From the IMG/VR virus record IMGVR_UViG_3300045988_149737: a DNA stretch of 64,000 nt, one strand, 5' to 3'. Numbering within the stretch: position 1 is the stretch's first letter; each line of letters opens with the position of its first letter. This document shows positions 27,700 to 36,099 of the stretch, one piece after another. The stretch comes from a virus (taxonomy: Duplodnaviria > Heunggongvirae > Uroviricota > Caudoviricetes). A model generated the notes under the pieces. That model was not told the origin of the DNA, searched no databases, and saw nothing but the letters and a program-made list of their open reading frames with translations. The position numbers and the translations under genes were made by a program.

Positions 27700-28500
27700 T
27701 CCTTAAATTTCAATAAGTTATAGTTGTTTATACAATCAAGAAAACAACTGAATAACAGATCAACGAAACATCAACGCTTTCACCCGATTTGGTCTAAAAA
27801 ATTGACGTTTTCACACATCACTGCTTATACCCGTAATCCCACGCAGCAGATAGCGCCACAGCGTCCAAATTTCACCACAGACGACCCAACACACTACCAA
27901 CAAAAACACACGCTCAAAATCGCTCTCGTTGCGTTACACAACCATATAAACAACTTATTTTCAGGCATAACAAAACAACTAAATAACACATGTGCCATTA
28001 CCAAAAACAACCAACCTCTTTATGGCAGGCTACCGAAAAGACCCACCTCTTCTTCCCAGGCTACCGGACAACCAACCTAACTTTCACAGGCAATCCGAAA
28101 ACATTCATACGCGCGATACCCACGACACGCCATTCCCCAAACAGCGAAGAAACACCAGAATCACTGAAACCCCAACGAAGCCTGTAACCGCAAGGATTCT
28201 CTCAATCCCAAAAGACACGAAACAGAACAATCACGGGAAACGCCATTACCCAATACACGAATAACTACAAAAGCCTTTCACACACTCCAGACAAACAACT
28301 CAAACACAATAACGAAAGGAATCGCCCACCTGCCATTACTCCATACACGGAGAAGAACAATCACCAAAACGACGAGAACACCCCATAGAAGAACCACTGC
28401 AAAACGAACGAAACCACATACACCGACAGAGAGAACAACACACCCAATTCACCAACAGAAATAGTCGCCGTATAGAACATTCTGGAAGGAGTGAGCATTA
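27700..28500. other. ~800-bp non-coding tract with extreme strand compositional skew (A+C-rich, G- and T-poor on plus strand)
   Basis: By eye G is only around 10% on the plus strand; the only ORF (27724-28080) is low-complexity. Confidence 0.6.
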
Positions 28501-28584
28501 ACGCCTATAGAGAGGTTGAAACAGATAAAACACGAAGAAAACACAACATGTATAGCGAAGAAGCCAGGTATGTATAAGTGGGGA

Positions 28585-28615
28585 GGGAAGGAGGGGTGTC
28601 GCCTCCTTTTTCGTA
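28585..28615 (+). terminator. terminator-like hairpin inside the non-coding region
   Basis: aggagg-ggtgtcg-cctcct followed by ttttcg. Confidence 0.4.
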
Positions 28616-28674
28616 TTTATTCAACTCCTGATTTTATCCCCCGTAACACCCCTACGGTCAGCCTTCGGTCCATA

Positions 28675-28815
28675 CAGGGAAAAGGCTGCATCCCGCTACA
28701 GAAACGGCTGGGTTGCCTTCGGGGAACGGCTGGAGGTTTTCAGGGAAACGGTCGAGTTGCCTGTGTGGATTTCGGGAAAAGGCTCGATGCCGGTTCAGGA
28801 ACGGCGGCGTACCGG
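28675..28815. repeat. six tandem ~22-bp iteron-like repeats (core GGGAAA[A/C]GGC)
   Basis: cagggaaaaggctg / cagaaacggctgg / ggggaacggctgg / agggaaacggtcg / gggaaaaggctcg / aggaacggcggcg in head-to-tail order. Confidence 0.65.
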
Positions 28816-29188
28816 TATAGCGTGAGGGAGAGTTGCGGCTACCCACCTGTAATGTGCGGGAAGAAGAGAGGCGCTAACGTGCAGGCGAACTTACTTACCG
28901 CTGGATTCCCTCTGAATGCCCAACTACAGCGTAATTGTGCCAGACAGCCAACGGGTCACAATCGATTTCAGTAGGTTTTCGGGGAGAGGATTATTCTGCC
29001 CACCAGCCACTTTCGGCCACCAAATCAGAATAATGTAAAAAGTGTACTCGGTACTGAACCTGAAAACTCACTGCCAAAACAACATTCACCGGAATAAAAT
29101 CCTTTTTCGCCTTTGCGTTATTGCGATAATAACGCCAACAAGAAAACAACATATTTAGACGTTGTAGAAACGAAGTGAGGATGAAGAG

Positions 29189-29407
29189 ATGATTAAGATG
29201 CCTGTGACGGTTGAGGTGTGGGGCGTGGATTCCCTGGCTGAGTGTCTGGATGCAGTGGGGCCGGAGTTGTACCGCAAGTTGTGGTCGTTCGTCCCGGCAG
29301 AAGGGGAATCGCCCAAAGGGAAGGATATCTGGCACCTGCTGAGTGAAGATGAAAAGCGGGAGCTGGTGGGCGCGGTACACAGCGAGTTCCCGGACGACGA
29401 AGATTAA
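29189..29407 (+). CDS. hypothetical small acidic protein
   Basis: 72 aa; family-1 operator and RBS upstream; hairpin terminator downstream. Confidence 0.45.
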   Translation: MIKMPVTVEVWGVDSLAECLDAVGPELYRKLWSFVPAEGESPKGKDIWHLLSEDEKRELVGAVHSEFPDDED

Positions 29408-29546
29408 GAGTGAGGCCACCAGCACGGTGGCTTTTGTCGCTATTAACCTCCGGGGCAGCGCAGCACCGTAACGATATACTTTGTGGCCGTTTTCTTACTG
29501 GTATTGTTTACGCAATTCAGAAAACATGTTGTTTAAGGATTGCTTT

Positions 29547-29876
29547 ATGTTTGCAAATATCGACATCAACCAAATCAAGAAATTAACTCAAAAAGAGTTT
29601 GATCAGTTTTATGAGTTAGAAGGTTGGTCTTCCACTCTGATCAATTCGCGGTGGGTGCTTGAGCTGATGACTCGTGATGACGCACCTGCTTTGATGATTT
29701 GCGACATGGGTGAAGATGCTGACTTTATGGATATGAGCGAATTTTGTGTGGACACATACAACCGCAGCCAGAAGTACTACTTCACATGCGATAGCGAAAA
29801 TGACGTGATTTCTAAGGTCTATCTTCACCTCGTCCAGCATTGGGACGTTCAGGAGTTTCTTGAGGTATTCGCGTAA
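29547..29876 (+). CDS. hypothetical small protein
   Basis: 109 aa from ATG at 29547 (RBS aagga); promoter and operator upstream; hairpin aagccagc-att-gctggctt downstream. Confidence 0.45.
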   Translation: MFANIDINQIKKLTQKEFDQFYELEGWSSTLINSRWVLELMTRDDAPALMICDMGEDADFMDMSEFCVDTYNRSQKYYFTCDSENDVISKVYLHLVQHWDVQEFLEVFA

Positions 29877-30030
29877 TCCCAACCAAAGCCAGCATTGCTG
29901 GCTTAACTTAATCTGTAGCCGCAGGGAAGAACCTGCATATCGCTCATGCGCCTGATCAATATGCTTTGTAGCCGTTTTCTTACTGGTATTATTTACGCCA
30001 TTGAGAAAACAAGTTGTTTACGGAGTTGTG

Positions 30031-30342
30031 ATGAAAAGTTCATTGGTTCTTGGTCTGGACAAAGACCAGAAGAGAAAAGAGAAGCCTGCACTGGTTGCTC
30101 AACTAACTTTGCTGGACATCGTTGCCAATGGAACATCTATTCGTCTGTTCCGTGAAACAGCGGTGTCTTTCGATAAAAACACCTTTACTCGTTATGTAAT
30201 GAATGTTCGCCGCCAGCGTGGAAAAGGCTGGATGGCGTTTCAAAGAATGTGGCCGGAACATCAGCTCGAACTGGCCTTGATGGAAGTTAACCGCGTGGCC
30301 CAGCAAGAGATTCAGAGAGCATCAGTGATGGCAATAGCCTGA
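30031..30342 (+). CDS. hypothetical small protein
   Basis: 103 aa from ATG at 30031; ORF track start 30001 is a TTG inside the operator. Confidence 0.45.
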   Translation: MKSSLVLGLDKDQKRKEKPALVAQLTLLDIVANGTSIRLFRETAVSFDKNTFTRYVMNVRRQRGKGWMAFQRMWPEHQLELALMEVNRVAQQEIQRASVMAIA

Positions 30343-30377
30343 TAATGTGCAAGTGGTAATTAGTCGACAGTACGACA

Positions 30378-30408
30378 GCCCCGCCATCCTTACGGGGCTT
30401 TTTTGTTT
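30378..30408 (+). terminator. rho-independent terminator
   Basis: agccccg-ccatcctta-cggggct followed by tttttgtttt. Confidence 0.6.
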
Positions 30409-30468
30409 TGTAAGTACATACTTACGATCATAGAATATAAAAATAACCAATACACTACGGAGAGTGAA

Positions 30469-30864
30469 ATGACCGTTAAACGCGAAAAACTGACAGTTGA
30501 TGTTTACTATGCCTCTGAAACCGCCGAAGGTAAGAATGTGGCAAAAATCACCGTTGTTACGTACAACACCGAAACTGGTGCCGAAGTACAGGCCAGTACG
30601 ATCGTGCGTAAAGGTGATGCCTCCGGCGGCGAGTACGCGACTCAATACCAGTCCATTCTCGATGCAACTGACCCGCTGCTGCTGAAAATCGAGAACTACT
30701 TCCGCCAGGTTGATGAAGAGGTGTTTGAAACCATGATGAATATGGTTAATTCCGTATTCGCCTCCAGCCTGAACACCAGCACCACCTGGATTGGCCAGTA
30801 CGGTCTGCGTATTACCTCCGGCATTCCTGCTGATACCTTAATCCCTGAAAGCGTATTCGCTTAA
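30469..30864 (+). CDS. hypothetical protein
   Basis: 131 aa from ATG at 30469 (RBS acggagag); family-2 palindrome gtaagta-ca-tacttac at 30410-30425 upstream. Confidence 0.45.
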   Translation: MTVKREKLTVDVYYASETAEGKNVAKITVVTYNTETGAEVQASTIVRKGDASGGEYATQYQSILDATDPLLLKIENYFRQVDEEVFETMMNMVNSVFASSLNTSTTWIGQYGLRITSGIPADTLIPESVFA

Positions 30865-30981
30865 TCCTCTTTAAATGGCGCGTAAACCGCGCCATTTTCT
30901 TATGCCCGATAATAATTTGTTTTCTGCCTTATCTGATTTGTGAAAATGATTTCACTGAAGCAACTTAATAAGGAAACCATC

Positions 30982-31356
30982 ATGGGACTTGATATCTACA
31001 TCGAGACGCAGCCAAAAAACGATCTGAATAATGAGGCATCCAGAAAGCGGGTTGCTCACTTCCGTAAGTTCAATGCGCTCGTTGGGTGGATGGAGCGCAA
31101 CGTAGGTGAAGTCGAAAATTGTGAGCTTTTAGAATTAACGATGAATGACATTTGTTTTCTGAAGGCTCATTTGATGCACATAAACGAAAGCAATTGCGAA
31201 GAGTACTTGCCTACTCGGGAAGGTTTTTTCTTCGGCAGTCAGGAGTACGATGAAGGTTACTGGCATGATGTGGGGGAGTTGAAAGAGCTTGTGGAAGATC
31301 TGATTAAGAACCACGACTTTCACAATAACAGACTGACCTTCTGCGCCTGGTGGTAA
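30982..31356 (+). CDS. hypothetical protein
   Basis: 124 aa from ATG at 30982 (RBS aaggaaa). Confidence 0.45.
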   Translation: MGLDIYIETQPKNDLNNEASRKRVAHFRKFNALVGWMERNVGEVENCELLELTMNDICFLKAHLMHINESNCEEYLPTREGFFFGSQEYDEGYWHDVGELKELVEDLIKNHDFHNNRLTFCAWW

Positions 31357-31357
31357 A

Positions 31358-31501
31358 TATGGGCGATTTCAAGAAACGCCTGAAGGAAAGAGCCGAGATG
31401 GCCAGAAAGCAAAACGCCTCTTCTGTCATCAGATACGCAAGGCAGTTTAGTCGCAACAACAAATCAGTTGAGGAAAAGATCCTTAGCGTAATCGAGCGAT
31501 A
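31358..31501 (+). CDS. hypothetical small basic protein (47 aa)
   Basis: ATG 1 nt after upstream stop; below ORF-track cut-off; followed by a terminator. Confidence 0.3.
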
Positions 31502-31507
31502 ATTATT

Positions 31508-31531
31508 AAGACCACCAGCATTGGTGGTCTT
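31508..31531 (+). terminator. hairpin terminator (shared sequence family)
   Basis: aagaccacca-gca-ttggtggtctt; near-identical hairpins at 29414-29437 and 31979-32002. Confidence 0.5.
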
Positions 31532-31691
31532 AAATGACTTTTAATAACCGAAGGTTAATTTTAAACCTGGCTATCAACTTCCAGAACCTTTCTTGTGTAT
31601 TCAGCCTGAATTAACTTCTTTTCTGCCTTATCTACACTGCGATAATTACACCAACAAGAAAACAACATGTTTACGCAGTGAGGATATGCAC

Positions 31692-31973
31692 ATGACTGAT
31701 TTCACCATTACCCCAAAAGCACAAAATGTATTCCTTGAATCATGGCTGGACTTGCCGGAAACAGAACAGCAAGAAATGGATCATGTGGAATATGACGAGC
31801 AGGTAAGCACGCGATTCTTCCACTTTGAGGGCTGCGTTTACGATATTGCCGACTTCATGAGAGATGACCGCTTCCCTGGATGGCACGCAAGCTATCCACT
31901 TAACGCCTTCGCCATGCTGATGATCCGTGTGGGTGATTCAGGGGATACCATCGACATCGGTCTGCTCCACTAA
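31692..31973 (+). CDS. hypothetical small acidic protein
   Basis: 93 aa from ATG at 31692 (RBS tgaggat 7 nt upstream). Confidence 0.45.
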   Translation: MTDFTITPKAQNVFLESWLDLPETEQQEMDHVEYDEQVSTRFFHFEGCVYDIADFMRDDRFPGWHASYPLNAFAMLMIRVGDSGDTIDIGLLH

Positions 31974-31978
31974 AGACT

Positions 31979-32002
31979 AAGGCCACCAGCATTGGTGGCC
32001 TT
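31979..32002 (+). terminator. hairpin terminator (shared sequence family)
   Basis: aaggccacca-gca-ttggtggcctt. Confidence 0.5.
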
Positions 32003-32177
32003 AAATGACCATCTTGTTTCCCGCAGGCTAAAAACACCAACCTCTTACCTCCAGGCAACCGACAAACCCACCTGTTCCCGTCCGGCTACCGCAACTTTCC
32101 ACTTTGACGCCTTATTCGTACAACGATAATTAACACCAACAAGAAAACAATTTGTTATTTACGATAAGGAATTAATC

Positions 32178-32660
32178 ATGAATTTTATCGCTACTGTAAA
32201 CGCACCCGCACATGGCAATATCGCTGTAACGTTCTCTGACATTGAAAAACGAGTACTTGGTGCATGGCGCGACAATGAGACGGTAGAACTGTCAGAACAA
32301 GAAAAATGCATTATTGCACGCGACATCATTGGCAATCGTCGTTACTCGCGGGTATTTGAGAAAGCATATGTGGTAAATTCTGGATTCGGAACGTTCGTCT
32401 TCCCGGTACGCTCCGGGCGATTCTGCCAGTCCAAGCTGATTGAGTTCGCTACGCAGATTTCTGTCTGGATTAAAACTCAATCGTCGTTCAAATTTTCCGA
32501 CGATGAAGCAGTATCGCAGGGGATGCGGATCGCCAACAATGCGATTAAATGCAAAAATATTACGTATACCGCTGGCGTTGACACATGGAAACTGTTTTGC
32601 GCTAACTTTATGCTGAATGTATACGCAAGCAACCGCATCCACATCCTTGATGGCGTGTAA
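32178..32660 (+). CDS. hypothetical protein
   Basis: 160 aa; TTTGAC-17 bp-ATAATT promoter and operator aaaacaatttgtt upstream; RBS aagga. Confidence 0.5.
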   Translation: MNFIATVNAPAHGNIAVTFSDIEKRVLGAWRDNETVELSEQEKCIIARDIIGNRRYSRVFEKAYVVNSGFGTFVFPVRSGRFCQSKLIEFATQISVWIKTQSSFKFSDDEAVSQGMRIANNAIKCKNITYTAGVDTWKLFCANFMLNVYASNRIHILDGV

Positions 32661-32709
32661 CTGAGAAGAGGGCCAGAAACGGCCCTTTCTCTATAGCCAC
32701 CAGCTGCCG

Positions 32710-32800
32710 CAGGGAAATTTTCAGAAACGGCGAGGAACGCATTCATGAGCCGACGGGGAACGGCCAGGATTTTTTCGGGAAACGGCTGCATTCGCCTTTA
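32710..32800. repeat. second array of GGGAAACGGC-type repeats
   Basis: cagggaaatttt / cagaaacggcg / ggggaacggcc / gggaaacggctg; same core as 28675-28815. Confidence 0.55.
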
Positions 32801-33274
32801 TATAGAAAAAACATCGGGAAGCTGGTGGAATCCAACCAGCGGTTGTCGGACAGGTGAGCGGGGAAAATTATGATGACTTTCGTCGCCTGAGACATCCAGA
32901 TTTCTTTCGTAGCGTAATCACATATGTGATTAAGTGGTGTGATTATGTGAAAAATCACGCGCACATAATACGCGAGCGGATACGGAACAAAACAAAATGC
33001 CGATCCGCGCCGACAATTAAACGCGGATCATAAAGCAAGAATAAAAGCCAATGATTAACCATACACCATAGCGCAATATAACGCGTTTTAAGCGCGTTAA
33101 TGTGTTGAGTAATGGGTATGTACTGGTAAGGATATAAAAGCGCGTCTGTGGCGTTATTTTGGCGCTTATTTTATGTTGTTGGAGTGAGTCAAAGACAATA
33201 AAAAAGCGCCATCATTGGCGCGTTATGGTGGAAGTATTAGAAACGAAAAAAGCGCCCATAGTGGGCGCTAGATT

Positions 33275-33505
33275 TTATTTATGTAAACTGATTTCAAATC
33301 CCATTTCTACAAACGCTTTTAACATTAAAAATATATCAGCGTCATTCACGTCTGCTTTTTTTCGCTCCTGGTCGCTCAATAAGTCAATTTTGCGCGTCGT
33401 TTCATCGATAAACTCGACTGCGCGCCCAGCGTAACCAGCGATCCCAGCGATGCGATTAACAAAATATTCATTGCGCACGTTAACGCCAGAGATAAGAATA
33501 AACAT
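33275..33505 (-). CDS. hypothetical small protein
   Basis: 76 aa; flanked on both sides by minus-strand hairpin terminators (gcgccca-tag-tgggcgc at ~33250 and ~33525). Confidence 0.45.
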   Translation of the reverse strand: MFILISGVNVRNEYFVNRIAGIAGYAGRAVEFIDETTRKIDLLSDQERKKADVNDADIFLMLKAFVEMGFEISLHK

Positions 33506-33552
33506 GATTAAGCTCCTTAAAAGCGCCCATAGTGGGCGCCAGATTCCATTAA

Positions 33553-34203
33553 TTACGCTTTGAAAGCATCAGCCAGATAGTTATAGAAATCATTTTTAAT
33601 AAAGCGATATTGCTGCGTACCAGCTTTTGCGCTTCCCATTCCTTTGACTTTCTCAACAAGTCCAAGACGTTCGCAAAGATTGATAAGCTGGTTGGCTTGA
33701 GTGTATCCTGCGTCTAATTTTATTTCGTTGGCTTTTTTCGCTTCATTCATTAAATCGAAAACAGCGCCATTTGTGAACGTCTCGATCTCGTCGTTAATCA
33801 TATCGATTAATGCGAATACACGAGATCCGGACATATCAGCGACGGAATAAACACACTTTCCAGCTTTAATGGATTTAACCAGATAAACCAGTTTTTCCAG
33901 AGAGTAACTATTAGCCATTGCATCACGGAAAAATACTTCTGGCGCTTGTTTGCTTGCTTTGATCGCATAGTAGAAAACAGAGCACAATTTTTCGTCTTCT
34001 ACAGCGTTTACAACGTTGTTGATGAAGTAAGCAAGTTTAGTGGTCGCAGCTTGCATATTTGCTTTATCTGCTTTGGTGTGCGTACCATTTTTATAATGTT
34101 CGTTATATGTTTGAGTTGCCAGATCTGCTTTTTCGCGCAGTTCATCGGATACAATGGAAGCAGCTTCAACGATGGATTTTTTAGAAATGATAATGTTAGC
34201 CAT
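33553..34203 (-). CDS. hypothetical protein
   Basis: 216 aa; RBS aaggaaa 7 nt upstream on minus strand; lower GC than surrounding phage genes. Confidence 0.55.
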   Translation of the reverse strand: MANIIISKKSIVEAASIVSDELREKADLATQTYNEHYKNGTHTKADKANMQAATTKLAYFINNVVNAVEDEKLCSVFYYAIKASKQAPEVFFRDAMANSYSLEKLVYLVKSIKAGKCVYSVADMSGSRVFALIDMINDEIETFTNGAVFDLMNEAKKANEIKLDAGYTQANQLINLCERLGLVEKVKGMGSAKAGTQQYRFIKNDFYNYLADAFKA

Positions 34204-34486
34204 GATAATTTTTCCTTATGTAAATTTAAAATTTATTGTCGTTAGCGTCTTCGCTTTCGACGAGTTCAATTATCGATATGCGAAAAAAGATTGCAAGTGT
34301 TTTTTTAAAATTTTTTGCAGGGATGAAAGTCCTAGAAATAAAAGCGAGATCGTCGAAGGTGTTCCCTAAATAAATAATCGATTCCGGCTTTAGACCTTAT
34401 ATATATTTAGGTTATTTGATTTATAGATATAAAGAAGTGATGTGAAAAATAATAACCGGACTTAGCCGGTTATTAACCTTATAGAT

Positions 34487-34795
34487 TTATTGAACAGACT
34501 CTACAGCCTTACGATTGGTGTCAAATAGCGCATCAACGAACTGTGCCGATGACTCGCTAGATTCGCAATCCAACATTGCCCGTTCTTCATTTGCCACTTT
34601 CTTACACAGTTCCACACTCTCACCTATCGCTTTTCCTGCTTTTACGGCTGCCGAAAATTGATACATGCAAACTGATACATTCTGAGACGTTGAGCACACG
34701 TCATTCATCAGCGACTGAATGACAGGCTTATAGTCCATTGCATTTGCCGCAACTGAGCAAAGTAAAAATAATGGTGGTAACAATATCGATTTCAT
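34487..34795 (-). CDS. small secreted protein (predicted signal peptide)
   Basis: N-terminal MKSILLPPLFLLCSVAANA; start overlaps upstream stop; terminator hairpin taaccgg-acttag-ccggtta downstream. Confidence 0.5.
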   Translation of the reverse strand: MKSILLPPLFLLCSVAANAMDYKPVIQSLMNDVCSTSQNVSVCMYQFSAAVKAGKAIGESVELCKKVANEERAMLDCESSESSAQFVDALFDTNRKAVESVQ

Positions 34796-34798
34796 AAC

Positions 34799-35323
34799 TC
34801 AAAAAGGCAAAATTCGTTCAACCCAATCGAACAAAACAACTATTTTTCTACCGTTCTCGACACGTAGTGTAACCTGACAAGCATCTGCGCCTGCTGACAC
34901 CCCCTCAATTTCACGGCCATCCGCCATGTACACCCTTATAGATTTGTTTGCTTTGTAGGCTTGGTTGCAAATTGCAAAAAAATCGCGGCGTGATGGCCGA
35001 TTATCGACATAATCAGGGTGAACTGTTAGTCGACCTTTGAAATCGTGAGCGATACTGTCAACCACACCTGATTCAATTGTACTAATGCGTTCAAGTGGGA
35101 GCCTTATACGATTTTCTTTGTCAAAAGGGGCTGGGCAAAGGTCAACTTTGTTACGAGATGGCATGAGGCCATAAACGTACATGCAAAACGCCTGGCCATC
35201 TTCGAGAGTGACCCTTACAGGAATTTGTTCTCTGCGCCAGAACATCAGTAGTTTTTCAACGTTAGTGTAATCTCGCGGCCAGAGTTCAGCTTGGATACCG
35301 TAGGTAATATCTTTGGTTGTCAT
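34799..35323 (-). CDS. hypothetical protein
   Basis: 175 aa from ATG at 35323, 4 nt after the lipoprotein stop; ORF-track version to 35401 overlaps the lipoprotein gene. Confidence 0.5.
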   Translation of the reverse strand: MTTKDITYGIQAELWPRDYTNVEKLLMFWRREQIPVRVTLEDGQAFCMYVYGLMPSRNKVDLCPAPFDKENRIRLPLERISTIESGVVDSIAHDFKGRLTVHPDYVDNRPSRRDFFAICNQAYKANKSIRVYMADGREIEGVSAGADACQVTLRVENGRKIVVLFDWVERILPF

Positions 35324-35327
35324 GTCA

Positions 35328-35792
35328 TCACAGAGTTGTTGGCAGAATGTCGATGTCACCAGAATTGCTGGTGAACACCCTGAACGCTTTTGTGTCTCCA
35401 TTCTTCAGAGTCGTTTCTCGCTCTTGACGAGCGGGGTTTAGAGCACATAAACCTGCACCTTCAAGAGATGCACCCACAATTAATTCTCCGGCATTTAAAT
35501 GAAAAGTCGCTTTTTCGCCTGTAGCCAGTTTTGCGACAGTTTCGCCATTGATGAAAATGGAAGCATCACATCCAGCTCCTACAAAACCTGTGTCTCTCAT
35601 TACCACCAACGTAGCTGGCGCTGCGCTTTGATACTTGAACACTTTGGCCTGCGGTGCTGGTTTGGCGTCATGGATTGATATTGGACGTGATTGGCACGCG
35701 GTAAGCATCAACACTGGTAACGTTAGTAGAGGGAGAAGCGAGTGTTTCATGTTAGTTTTAGAACAGAAAGTGAACAGTATGGGAGACTTCAT
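35328..35792 (-). CDS. putative lipoprotein
   Basis: Lipoprotein signal MKHSLLPLLTLPVLMLTAC (lipobox LTAC) if started at internal Met (35750); RBS agggaga supports the upstream Met at 35792. Confidence 0.55.
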   Translation of the reverse strand: MKSPILFTFCSKTNMKHSLLPLLTLPVLMLTACQSRPISIHDAKPAPQAKVFKYQSAAPATLVVMRDTGFVGAGCDASIFINGETVAKLATGEKATFHLNAGELIVGASLEGAGLCALNPARQERETTLKNGDTKAFRVFTSNSGDIDILPTTL

Positions 35793-35818
35793 CTTTGTCT
35801 CCCTAATTGATAGCGTGA

Positions 35819-36097
35819 TTATTTTAATCTGCTTAATAGCGTTTCGAGATCTTCCTTTGTCATATTAGAGTTCTCATAGATACGCATGATTTTCTCACGA
35901 GTCTTAGCGGAAGCCCCGACAGAAGATATAACCTTGTCAAAGTCGGCCATTGTCAATTGTTCCAGAATGGTATTTATGACTTCAGCCTTAGACATTTTGA
36001 TATTTTTTTCTTTTAGTTTCACTTGAAACTTTCCAAGTTTGTCATTGGCCTTATCAGACAATGCTACCTGACAGTAAGTTGTTTTCTTTTCACTCAT
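35819..36097 (-). CDS. hypothetical small protein
   Basis: 92 aa, directly downstream of the helicase gene. Confidence 0.5.
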   Translation of the reverse strand: MSEKKTTYCQVALSDKANDKLGKFQVKLKEKNIKMSKAEVINTILEQLTMADFDKVISSVGASAKTREKIMRIYENSNMTKEDLETLLSRLK

Positions 36098-36099
36098 AA

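Noticed and set aside
27724-28080. 118-aa plus-strand ORF
   Set aside because: Lies in the CA-rich skewed tract; translation is low-complexity (Thr/Pro/Gln/Asn) with no RBS.
28675-28815. Possible CRISPR array
   Set aside because: Repeat units are about 22 bp, contiguous and degenerate, with no unique spacers between them; no cas genes. Iteron-like instead.
28516-28974. 152-aa plus-strand ORF
   Set aside because: Runs across the tandem GGGAAACGGC repeats; Gly/Arg-rich translation reflects the repeat, not a protein.
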